In this document: positions 43,104 through 51,327 of the stretch, piece by piece
Numbering within the stretch: position 1 is the stretch's first letter
Layout: the number at the start of each line of letters is the position of its first letter
Notes under the pieces: model-generated
Seen by the model: only the letters and a program-made list of their open reading frames with translations
Told to the model about the DNA's origin: nothing
The model's database searches: none
Made by a program: the position numbers and the translations under genes
IMG/VR virus record: IMGVR_UViG_3300010354_000127
Span: 1 to 51,327 of that record
DNA: 51,327 nucleotides
Strand: one strand, 5' to 3'
From: a virus
Taxonomy: Duplodnaviria; Caudoviricetes

Positions 43104-45032
43104 TCAGGCGCCGGTGGAGCGGTAGAAGCCCTGGTGCTGGCCGACGGCGCAGCCGAAGTCGTGGCGCAGGTAGGTCACGATGCCGTCAGGATCGCGCTTG
43201 ATCTCCGACTCGATCGTCGGGCCGGCCTCGCCTTCCAGGTAGCCGTAGATCAACTTCGTCACGCCGGGATAATCGCCGACGATGTAATACTGCGTAGTGC
43301 TCGACGCATCCAGACGCGGCTCAACGATCTTCTGCAGGTAGCCCGAGAAGATGTTGACGTTGCTGGTCTGGTTCGGAATGATCGACGAGTTGAACTTGTC
43401 GAACGTCGTCTCCAGCGTGGTCGGCAGCAGGATGTACCGCGGCGTCACGTAGAGCGGGTTCTTACCGGTGAAGTCCTTCTGGTTCCGCATCGCCTGCCGC
43501 GCGGCAGAGATGGCGGTCTCACCGATCACGCCGGTGCCGGTGTTGGCGTGGTCGTTGTGGAACAGCGCCTTGCCATCCGACATGCACTTGGCGTTGCCGG
43601 TGATCAGGGCCCACATCTGGTTGGCCTCGAAGGTGGCGACGCCACGGGCCAGCACCTGCACGGCACGGGTGATGTAGCCCAGGTTGTCGTTGATGATGAG
43701 CCGACGGCCGATCACCAACTTCTTGCCGTACTCGCTCAGGAACCAGCTGCCTTGTTGCTCCTGCAGAGTCCCGGTCTTGTATTCGCCGCCTTCCTTGATC
43801 TCCTCCGGCAGCATCTGGCCGCCGACCTCGATCTCCTTCATCTCGCGGAAGTCGGGCAGGTTCCGCTGCTCCGCCAGGGGGCGCCAGGTCTGCTGCTCTT
43901 CGGCATAGGCGGCCTTCAGCGAGACACGCTGGATGGAAGCCATCAGCAGCGGGAAGTCGCTGGTGGAGTGGAACGCACGAACAGCGATCTCGCTCTTGTC
44001 CATCCCGCGGTGGTTGACACCGGCGAGCTCCAGCGACTCGCGGGCCAGATCAAGCAGGGTGGTGCCGCGATACTCGCGGATGCCGTCGCCAACTTCAAAT
44101 TTGCAACCGGCTTCGTGGTTGGCGCGGAACTTCAGGTAGTCGAGCTTCGCTTCAAAGCGCTTCTCGCCGTGGTCGTGGGTGATCTCCACGCGGGAGAAGC
44201 CGGGGGTCTTGCGCTGCTCCTGGGCCTGCGCGTCGATCAGCTGCATCCGGGCCTCGTCGAGGGCCACGCCATCGGCGATCAGCTTGTGCGCCAGCTCCTC
44301 GCCCACCTGCAGCTTGCGGGCGCAGTCGAGGATGCCAGCAGCGCGGCGGCGCTCCTCAGCGCGCACGGCCTCCAGGTCCACCGCCGGGGCGGTGGGTGCC
44401 ACTGGAGCAGGGGCGGCCACAGGGGCAGCAGCGCGGGACTCGATGTCCTGGGTGGGCTCGGGAGCCTGCACCCCATCAGCGGGAAGGGTCATGGATCGTT
44501 CCTTTTCAGGTTGGGTTGCAGGCGGCTCCTCAGAGCGCACCTGGGCCCCGGCATCAGCCGGGATCGGGACCAGCGAGAGCTCATACGGCTCCCAGTCCAC
44601 CGCGCGTTCCACCGGCACTGCGCCGGTTTCGTCGCGCTCCGTCTTGTGGACCTTGTAGCCCACCGAGACGTTGCGATAGATGCCGTCGATCACATCCTGG
44701 AAGATGGGCTCGACGTCATCCCGCCGGCTGAACTTCACCAGGGCCCGGCCCTCGTTGCCATCCAGCCATGCTCGCTGCACCACACCGATCTGGCTGCGCA
44801 GTGAGTAGGAGTCGTGCGCATCGAGCAGCGGCCCACCCTTGTTCAGGCGGTCGAGACGTACAGCGCCAGGCTGCAGACTCAGCTCCTCGATGTAGTCGCC
44901 GCGTGCCCAGCTGGCACGCCGCACCTGGGCGCCGGTCGTCCAGACCAGCTCAACAGTCCGCTCCTCGACGTTGATCGTCTCGGGAGCGAACATCGCCCGG
45001 GTCTGCAACAGACCGTCGCTCGGCATTGGCAC
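43104..45032 (-). CDS. Prohead protease-major capsid protein fusion
   Basis: PLLDAH, VSVGY, WEPYELSLVPIPAD (protease); HSTSDFP, IINDNLG, YLEG..GP, RHDFG (capsid). Confidence 0.92.
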   Translation of the reverse strand: MPMPSDGLLQTRAMFAPETINVEERTVELVWTTGAQVRRASWARGDYIEELSLQPGAVRLDRLNKGGPLLDAHDSYSLRSQIGVVQRAWLDGNEGRALVKFSRRDDVEPIFQDVIDGIYRNVSVGYKVHKTERDETGAVPVERAVDWEPYELSLVPIPADAGAQVRSEEPPATQPEKERSMTLPADGVQAPEPTQDIESRAAAPVAAPAPVAPTAPAVDLEAVRAEERRRAAGILDCARKLQVGEELAHKLIADGVALDEARMQLIDAQAQEQRKTPGFSRVEITHDHGEKRFEAKLDYLKFRANHEAGCKFEVGDGIREYRGTTLLDLARESLELAGVNHRGMDKSEIAVRAFHSTSDFPLLMASIQRVSLKAAYAEEQQTWRPLAEQRNLPDFREMKEIEVGGQMLPEEIKEGGEYKTGTLQEQQGSWFLSEYGKKLVIGRRLIINDNLGYITRAVQVLARGVATFEANQMWALITGNAKCMSDGKALFHNDHANTGTGVIGETAISAARQAMRNQKDFTGKNPLYVTPRYILLPTTLETTFDKFNSSIIPNQTSNVNIFSGYLQKIVEPRLDASSTTQYYIVGDYPGVTKLIYGYLEGEAGPTIESEIKRDPDGIVTYLRHDFGCAVGQHQGFYRSTGA

Positions 45033-45056
45033 TCTTCGTCCTCCTCGATTCTAGGG

Positions 45057-46607
45057 TCAGCCTGCAGGAGGCCTCACGGCCGGTGCTGGCGGTGGCGCTG
45101 GCTCCGTCGGTGGCTCACCCGTGGGCGGCAGCGCCGACCCGCTCGGCCGCGCCTGCGTCAGCCCTGCCGCGCTCACCTTCCGTGGGTCGCTGTCGAGCAC
45201 CACGCCCGCCGCATCCAGCTGCGCGTTCCACTCGGAGTAGAGCTTCAGCACCTCGTCCGGCTCATACCCATCGAGGCGGATCGCCTCCTGCGGCGGCAGC
45301 AGGCCCGCACGCACCCGACTGAGCGTGCTGCTCGTCTCCGACTGCGGGTCGTAGAGCTCACGCCGCGGCGGCGTCCAGTCCGCGCTCAGGCCATCGGTCG
45401 CGACACCCACGGCGGCCATGGCGTTGAACGCCCACTCCGCCACCCGATCGAACAGCAGCGGCGCCAGCACCTGCCACGTGTCGCTCGCCAGGCGCCGCTG
45501 GAACCCGATCCAGCCCATCCGGCCCTGCGTGAAGCTGCCGCCGCTGTAGTCGCCCGTCAGCTCCTCGTAGGTGATGCCCACACCGGCCGCGATCTCCAGC
45601 AGGAATGTCTTGATCACCCGGTCCAGCTCGCCGGCACCAGGTGGGCTGATCGTCCTGATGTCCTGGCCAGGCCCCAGCCGCACCACCGCACCGGGCTCCA
45701 CCCGATCACCAATCGTCGACTTCTGGTCGCCGATCCCATCCAGGTCGGTGATCGCCACGCTCATGCACGCCGCGATCTTCTCCTTCATCAGCCGGGCATC
45801 GAGCAGGTCGCCCAGGTCCTTCAGCCGCACCATCACCGGCGACAGGCAGCTCACGCCGCGCGTCATACCCGGCCGCTCTGGCGTGAACAGGTGGATGATC
45901 TGCTCCGCCGGCACCGTGTTGCTGACCTGGCTCACGGCCTGCACCGCACCTTCGCCTGGGTGGTAGTTGTAGATCCAGAACGCCTCGCGGCGGCCCTCAG
46001 CGTCGTAGACGATCCCGCGCTTCGTGAAGCCCGCGCCGGTCTCGGTGCCCACCGTGTCGTGGCTCTCGTCGATCCAGTCGCCTTCCATCACCTGCAGCTG
46101 CAGCGGGATCGTCATCCCCAGCCGGCGCATGGTCGCTCTGGTCGGCGTGCGCATCCTGATCAGCACCTCGCCAGCCTCCTTCCAGCAGCGCACCGCCTGG
46201 GCCATCAGCCCGTCGAAGTTCTGCAGGCCCTCGTAGTCGCACTGGCGCGGGTCCGCCATCCAGGCCCGCATGATCTCGGTGACACGCTCGCCCTGCTTCC
46301 CGTTCTTCCTGGCCTGCTTGGCCTTGAAGCTCCAGCCCGAGCCGATCAGGTTCGTCACCCACGACTCAACAGCCTTGCGCGCATACGGGTTGTTGCGCAC
46401 CAGGTCGCGCGCGCGGTCGCGCATCACCCCGAACCCACGCGCCGTCGCGGCATCCGCGCTGCTGCCCTGCGTCACCCAGCTGTCGGTCCGCCGGCCCCGC
46501 GCCGCCGCGTCGTACCGGCGCATCTGCTCCAGCTGCAGCCGTGCCGCCTGGCGTCGCAGCGCCGCGCGTGGTGCGATCGCTGCCAGCAGCTGCTCGAAAG
46601 GGTTCAT
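45057..46607 (-). CDS. Portal protein, lambda family
   Basis: YDAA..GRR, RARDLVRNN.YA, ERPG..RG, YEELTGDYS. Confidence 0.93.
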   Translation of the reverse strand: MNPFEQLLAAIAPRAALRRQAARLQLEQMRRYDAAARGRRTDSWVTQGSSADAATARGFGVMRDRARDLVRNNPYARKAVESWVTNLIGSGWSFKAKQARKNGKQGERVTEIMRAWMADPRQCDYEGLQNFDGLMAQAVRCWKEAGEVLIRMRTPTRATMRRLGMTIPLQLQVMEGDWIDESHDTVGTETGAGFTKRGIVYDAEGRREAFWIYNYHPGEGAVQAVSQVSNTVPAEQIIHLFTPERPGMTRGVSCLSPVMVRLKDLGDLLDARLMKEKIAACMSVAITDLDGIGDQKSTIGDRVEPGAVVRLGPGQDIRTISPPGAGELDRVIKTFLLEIAAGVGITYEELTGDYSGGSFTQGRMGWIGFQRRLASDTWQVLAPLLFDRVAEWAFNAMAAVGVATDGLSADWTPPRRELYDPQSETSSTLSRVRAGLLPPQEAIRLDGYEPDEVLKLYSEWNAQLDAAGVVLDSDPRKVSAAGLTQARPSGSALPPTGEPPTEPAPPPAPAVRPPAG

Positions 46608-46813
46608 TCGTAGTCGCGCACCACAGCGGGATAGTCGATCCGAACCACGGGCGAGGCCGCCGCAGCCAGGCTGTTCGCGATCAGGGCGCGCGCCTTCAGC
46701 ATGTCCGACATCGACTGATACCGGACCGTCTTGTCGTCGTAGCGCACCTCCGCATACCCGTTGGCGATCGCTTCATCGATCGCCTCCAGATGGGCCTGCG
46801 TGAAACCTGCCAT
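46604..46813 (-). CDS. gpW-like head-to-tail joining protein
   Basis: AI..G...V.Y.DKTV.YQS..D; between terminase and portal. Confidence 0.85.
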   Translation of the reverse strand: MAGFTQAHLEAIDEAIANGYAEVRYDDKTVRYQSMSDMLKARALIANSLAAAASPVVRIDYPAVVRDYE

Positions 46814-46840
46814 AGCGCTACCTCCTCCCGGCCAATCTAC

Positions 46841-48754
46841 TCAGTCCCAGAACGACGACCTGGCCGGTGCCGGCGCCGACTCCGCTGCATCGTCCTCGCG
46901 CTTCGTCTCCACCGGCTGCGGCCGCGCCACACCACCCGACGCCTCCTCGTCCCATCGCTCGTCGCTCCACCGGTCAGCACCCACCAGGGCGGCCGCGGCC
47001 CGGGCATAGACCCGGCAGTCCAGCGCCTCGTTCCGGGGCCGGGTCTTGATCCACTCGAACCGGGTGTAGCCCCGCCGGTCGACCGTGTTCGTCAGCCGCT
47101 CGGCGCACAGCTGCCGGAACCACTCCTCCCCATACTGCGGGAAGTGGCACCAGCCATGGGGCAGCGGCTCACCCTGATCTGGCATCGGCCGCCGCAGCCA
47201 GCCGTAGAGCTCGCTCTTCACCGTGCCGCTACCCACCGGCCAGACCTTCACGCCACCGCGCAGCGGCCGGCCATTGCGCAGCACCTCCACCCGGCCAGGC
47301 GTGCCGATGATCGCCGTCTGCGTCTCCTGGCCCTTGATGGCGATCACCCGATGCCCGGCCTGGCCACGCACCCAGCGGTAGACCTCCTGGCTCCTGAAGC
47401 CCGAGTCGATCGCCGTCATCCTGATCGGCAGCCGCTGCCCATCACCCCGGCCGAACTCCGACCGCACGAACCGGCTCAGCTCTCGCCACACCTCTGGCTG
47501 CGCCGTGTCGCCCGCCAGCACCTGGTAGTCCAGGCTCCAGCTCTCCATCCCGCGGCCCCAGCCCACCACCTCCAGCTCGATCCGATCCATCTGCACGTCG
47601 ATGCCGCAGGTGAGGAACACCACCGGGTCGGGCACCGTGCCCAGCTCATAGACCTCGCGGCGGTTGTAGAGCGCCTCCCAGTCCGGCGCCTCGCCGTCGT
47701 CGTTCCAGCATTCCGCCAGCACCGTGTTGGTCCAGGGCTTCAGCTCCGCCGGGTTGTCCTTCGCCTTCTCGTAGCCCACCACCGCATCGGTCCAGCTGAA
47801 CCATCCCAGCGGCGCATAGAGCGCCGAGCAGTGGTAGCCCTGCACGCTCCGCTCGGGGAACGTCGGCTCCCACCAGTCGTCGGTGAAGACCTCGGGGTCA
47901 TACCACCAGGCCTTCGTGTCCTCCTCAATCCCCTCGCCACACTCCTCGCAGATCAGCACCGGCGGGGTCCGCAGCGTGTTCGGCAGGCCAGGGTCCTTCG
48001 GGTCGTACCGGATCCGGTCCCACACGATCGACTGCCGATGATTGCAGTGCGGGCAGGGCAGCAGCAGGTGCTGCTGGTTGCTGTCCTCCCACTTCGACCA
48101 GATCGCGCTGCGGCCCGCGATCGTCGGAGTCGACGTCCACGCTTGTTTCTTCCGCACGCCGAACGTTCGGGTGCGGGCCGTCACGATCGCCAGCGGGCTG
48201 CCTTCCTCGTCGACGTCGCTCGGCCACCGGTCGATCTCGTCCCCGCCCAGGTAGCGGATCGGCATCGAGGCCAGGCCGCTCGCGGCGTTCGCGCCACCGA
48301 GGATCAGGAAGCCCCCGGTGAACTCCTTCATCAGCTGCGTGTTGCCGCTGTCCCGCTCTCGCGGCGCCTTCACCTTCTCCTGCAAGCTCGGGCTCGCCTC
48401 GATCATCGGGGCGATGCGCATCTTGCTGTAGCGCTTCGCCAGATCGATCGTCGGCTGCACGAACAGCGCCGGCCCTGGCGCGATGTCCATCGTGTAGCCG
48501 GTCCAGTTGTTCAGCGCCTCGCTCTTCCCCATCTGGCTGCCGAACACCAGCACCACCTCCTGCACCGTGCTGGTGGCCGACAGGTCGTCCATCGGCTTCC
48601 GCAGGTAGGGCGTCCTGCTCGTCCGCCACGGACCGTGCTCACTCGAGGCCTTCGGGCTCAGGATCCGCCGCTGGTCCGCCCACTCGCTGACCGTCAGCAG
48701 CGGGTCCGGCTCCAGGCCCCGCCGGAACGCGCGCCGGCACTCCTCAATCAGCAT
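46841..48754 (-). CDS. Terminase large subunit (lambda gpA family)
   Basis: VSEWAD, PYLR..MD, SQMGKSE, DEIDRW, STPT, GIDVQ, IDSG, RNEALDC.VYA. Confidence 0.95.
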   Translation of the reverse strand: MLIEECRRAFRRGLEPDPLLTVSEWADQRRILSPKASSEHGPWRTSRTPYLRKPMDDLSATSTVQEVVLVFGSQMGKSEALNNWTGYTMDIAPGPALFVQPTIDLAKRYSKMRIAPMIEASPSLQEKVKAPRERDSGNTQLMKEFTGGFLILGGANAASGLASMPIRYLGGDEIDRWPSDVDEEGSPLAIVTARTRTFGVRKKQAWTSTPTIAGRSAIWSKWEDSNQQHLLLPCPHCNHRQSIVWDRIRYDPKDPGLPNTLRTPPVLICEECGEGIEEDTKAWWYDPEVFTDDWWEPTFPERSVQGYHCSALYAPLGWFSWTDAVVGYEKAKDNPAELKPWTNTVLAECWNDDGEAPDWEALYNRREVYELGTVPDPVVFLTCGIDVQMDRIELEVVGWGRGMESWSLDYQVLAGDTAQPEVWRELSRFVRSEFGRGDGQRLPIRMTAIDSGFRSQEVYRWVRGQAGHRVIAIKGQETQTAIIGTPGRVEVLRNGRPLRGGVKVWPVGSGTVKSELYGWLRRPMPDQGEPLPHGWCHFPQYGEEWFRQLCAERLTNTVDRRGYTRFEWIKTRPRNEALDCRVYARAAAALVGADRWSDERWDEEASGGVARPQPVETKREDDAAESAPAPARSSFWD

Positions 48755-49316
48755 CGGCCGCCAACCCCTCCAGGGCCTTCACGATATGGCGCTCCAGTAC
48801 CAGCAGCACCTCCGCACGCTGCTCCGGCGTCAGCCCCCCGGCCGCCCGGGCGATGTCGCCGATCATCAGCTGCGGAGTCCGCCGCAGCGAGTCGCGCACC
48901 CGCTGGCCCTCCTCGAACCACACCCGCTCCACATCCGCCTTCGGCACCAGCTGGCCCTGGCGCTCCTTCAGATCCAGCTCGAGGAGCTTCGCCTGGTAGA
49001 GCGTCCGCAGCGCCTGGGCCTGCGCATGGCTCGGCGCCTTCGCCAGCACATCCGTGCCGCTGCCCGCGCTCGGTGGCTGCCGCCCCTCGATCTCCCGCGC
49101 GCGCTCCGCCGCCTTGCCCCGCTGCTTCGCCGGTGACGTGTTCCGCTGCCATTCCCGGTCCGCAATCTCTGGATCGATCAGCCACCCAGGCCGCCCGGGC
49201 CGGCCGTTCGCCTCCCGCTTCGCGCCCTCCTTGATCCGACCTTCCGCAATCGCCTTCCGCACCGCACGGCCAGACACTCCGCGCTGCTCTGCGTAGTCGT
49301 CGAGGGAGATCAGCAC
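48744..49316 (-). CDS. Terminase small subunit
   Basis: N-terminal HTH YAEQRGVS..AVRKAI..GRI; AKLLEL......G.LV; overlaps the large subunit start. Confidence 0.85.
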   Translation of the reverse strand: MLISLDDYAEQRGVSGRAVRKAIAEGRIKEGAKREANGRPGRPGWLIDPEIADREWQRNTSPAKQRGKAAERAREIEGRQPPSAGSGTDVLAKAPSHAQAQALRTLYQAKLLELDLKERQGQLVPKADVERVWFEEGQRVRDSLRRTPQLMIGDIARAAGGLTPEQRAEVLLVLERHIVKALEGLAADAD

Positions 49317-49588
49317 AGCTCAACGAAGAAGCCTTGCTCCGCCAGCTTCCTGCCCACACCAGGCGGGAACGGGCCCACCAGCTGAATCGGCGTGTCGGTG
49401 CCGGTCATCCCGCGCACCAGCGCCACCAGCTGGTCGATCAGCATCACGGTGTGGCCGCGGCCCTCCAGCATCTCGTCGACCGTCACCTCAGGGCCCACAG
49501 CACCGAACCGGATGCGCATCGGCCAGGCCCTCACGTGACCGTCCTCGCCCCACTGGCAGCCATACCCGATCTGCGCAACCTCAATCAT
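49310..49588 (-). CDS. Hypothetical protein, possibly a QueE-like remnant
   Basis: MIEVAQIGYGCQWGEDG...IRF loosely echoes the QueE N-terminus; no CxxxCxxC. Confidence 0.4.
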   Translation of the reverse strand: MIEVAQIGYGCQWGEDGHVRAWPMRIRFGAVGPEVTVDEMLEGRGHTVMLIDQLVALVRGMTGTDTPIQLVGPFPPGVGRKLAEQGFFVELC

Positions 49589-49964
49589 CGAACCCGGCAA
49601 CGAACGGCCTGATGCAGCTGGCAGGCGCATCCTGCCAGGGCATGAGCACCTGGGTGCCGCGGCTTGCCGTCATCACTCCCGACCCAACCGGGCACACGCG
49701 CACCCATGACCAGAGCTCAGCGATCTCCACCCGCAGGTAGCGGGGTGGCGCCTCGAGGACGCCATAGACCAGCAGGCCACCGGCCCGTGGTCGCTCCGTC
49801 ACCTCCAGCCCCAGCCGGTCGGCCAGCGCCCACGCCAGCAGCAGGCCGCCACGGTCCATCCCGCACACGCCAGTCAGATCTCGTCGACACTGCGCCGCAA
49901 TCAGGTCCACTGCCGCGTCGAAGCCCGCCCAAGTCAGCGTCAGCAGCGGCCCGTCGCTGCTCAT
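49581..49964 (-). CDS. Degenerate phosphoribosyltransferase-like protein
   Basis: LTW..F...V..IA, G..RGGL.LA.ALA.RLG and a terminal MPW; the PRPP-binding VDD...G.T motif is absent. Confidence 0.55.
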   Translation of the reverse strand: MSSDGPLLTLTWAGFDAAVDLIAAQCRRDLTGVCGMDRGGLLLAWALADRLGLEVTERPRAGGLLVYGVLEAPPRYLRVEIAELWSWVRVCPVGSGVMTASRGTQVLMPWQDAPASCIRPFVAGFDD

Positions 49965-50413
49965 CCCTTCCCCGGCACCCACGCCTTGTTCAGCCCGCGG
50001 CCGCGGCCCACCTGCGCAGGCATCCCAGCGCGGTTCACCAGGCGTTGCACCTCCTCGCGCTCCATCCCCAGCCGCTTCTGGATCGTGCGCTCTGGCACTC
50101 CCTCGTCCACCATCCGCCGCACAATGTCCGCCATCCGCAGCACACCATGCGTGCCCCGGGCTCGGTTGTGGCGGATGGTGCTCATCATCCGGTGCACCGG
50201 ATCCAGACGCACCTGCACAGTAGGCACCAGGCCGCCCGTCAGGCCGGCCACTCGCGGATCCGCGCTCACCGTCCACCGGTGGAAGCCATCCACGATCACG
50301 TGGCGGCCATCCACCTCGGGCAGCACCACGGCATAGACCCGCGTGCCGATCTCCTCCAGATCCAGCAGCAGGTCGTTCCGCAGCTTCAGTCCCTCAAACG
50401 CCCGTTCGAGCAT
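49961..50413 (-). CDS. IbrB-like ParB-family protein
   Basis: IVDGFHRW, MMSTIRHNRARGTH, LGME.EEV.RL. Confidence 0.75.
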   Translation of the reverse strand: MLERAFEGLKLRNDLLLDLEEIGTRVYAVVLPEVDGRHVIVDGFHRWTVSADPRVAGLTGGLVPTVQVRLDPVHRMMSTIRHNRARGTHGVLRMADIVRRMVDEGVPERTIQKRLGMEREEVQRLVNRAGMPAQVGRGRGLNKAWVPGKG

Positions 50414-51128
50414 CCATCCACTCCCGGCAGACCTTCACCAACGCCTCTGGCGTCCCCTCCAGTCCGCTCGCCTCCTTCGCCATCCGCACCGCGCTCAGCA
50501 CTACCTCGCGGTCATCCCACGGCAGGTTCACGCTGAAGACATGGCGCTCCTCCACCTCGCCGCTCTCGGCGGTCGCGTCCGCATCGTCGTCATCGTCCTC
50601 ACCCACGGGCCCCAGGCCCAGGCCTTCCTGCCGCTCCGGCTCCGCCCGCTCCGTCCCGGCAGCAGCAGCCACGCCCTCGAACGATCCCAGGTCCAGGTCA
50701 TCCTGCAGCCGCTGCAGCTCGTCGTCGCTCCAGCCCAGCGCCTCCAGGTCGAAGTCCTCCACCCGCAGCGCCTCGAGCTCCTGCTGCAGCAGCTCCAGAT
50801 CCCAGCCCGCGTTCTCCGCCAGCCGGTTGTCGGCCAGCACATAGGCCCGCCGCTGCTCAGCCGTCAGGTGGTCGAGCACCACCACCGGCACCTGGGCCAG
50901 GCCCAGCCGTCGCGCCGCCTCCAGTCGCCCATGCCCGGCCAGGATCCCGTCCTGCCCGTCCACCAGGATCGGCGCCGTGAAGCCGAACTCCTGGATCGAC
51001 GCCTGGATCTGTTCCAGCTGGCGCTCGGAATGGGTCCTGGCGTTCCGCTCATACGGCTGGAGCCGCTCCAGCGGCCACAGCTCCAACCGTGACGCCATCG
51101 TCGGCGCCTTGCCTTTGCGCTTCGTCAT
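50394..51128 (-). CDS. ParB/Srx N-terminal domain protein
   Basis: PYERNARTHS..Q..QI.ASI.EFGF..PIL, AGHGRLEAA, LADNRLAE.AGWD. Confidence 0.88.
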   Translation of the reverse strand: MTKRKGKAPTMASRLELWPLERLQPYERNARTHSERQLEQIQASIQEFGFTAPILVDGQDGILAGHGRLEAARRLGLAQVPVVVLDHLTAEQRRAYVLADNRLAENAGWDLELLQQELEALRVEDFDLEALGWSDDELQRLQDDLDLGSFEGVAAAAGTERAEPERQEGLGLGPVGEDDDDDADATAESGEVEERHVFSVNLPWDDREVVLSAVRMAKEASGLEGTPEALVKVCREWMDARTGV

Positions 51129-51316
51129 GCGGTCATCAGATCACAGCAGGCTCAGTTTCGGAACCTGACGGAACATCCGCCGGCATCCTCAGTGATCAGA
51201 AAACCCGCCAGAACCTCCTGATTCCCGGTCGCAATTAGCGCGGTCTATTGAGAACCGCAGTCATAGCAGGCGGTTTCGGAACCCATTCTGGAACCTGGCC
51301 CTAGCGAAAAATCGGG

Positions 51317-51327
51317 GCTCGCGGACC
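51317..51327. repeat. Terminal 11-nt repeat (copy of 1-11)
   Basis: GCTCGCGGACC. Confidence 0.75.

Overview
The window looks like one complete, GC-rich tailed-phage genome. The first and last 11 nt are identical (GCTCGCGGACC) and sit upstream of the packaging operon, so this is probably a cos end or a circular join. The minus strand from 51128 to 19556 carries ParB-like genes, terminase, a lambda-like portal, a protease-capsid fusion, a P2-like contractile tail and baseplate (V, PAAR, W, J, I, FI, FII, E/E', tape measure, U, X, D) and lysis genes. The region 137-5507 (minus) holds an SF2 helicase, a VRR-NUC nuclease, a primase/VapE protein and an iteron-like origin. The region 5600-19461 (plus) holds RecE/RecT-like, SSB, DNA methyltransferase, SNase and dCTP deaminase genes and many small ORFs. 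I recognised no integrase or repressor. A picocyanobacterial host is my inference from gene content. The standout is 15731-17470: a standalone Cas7/RAMP-like gene and a coupled partner gene, flanked by five non-coding units. Each unit has 11-14 phased pentamers (conserved triplet, mostly CGC, plus a variable dinucleotide) and ends in a GC-rich hairpin. This suggests a compact, non-CRISPR, RNA-guided system. All product calls come from motifs read by eye; no database searches were run.
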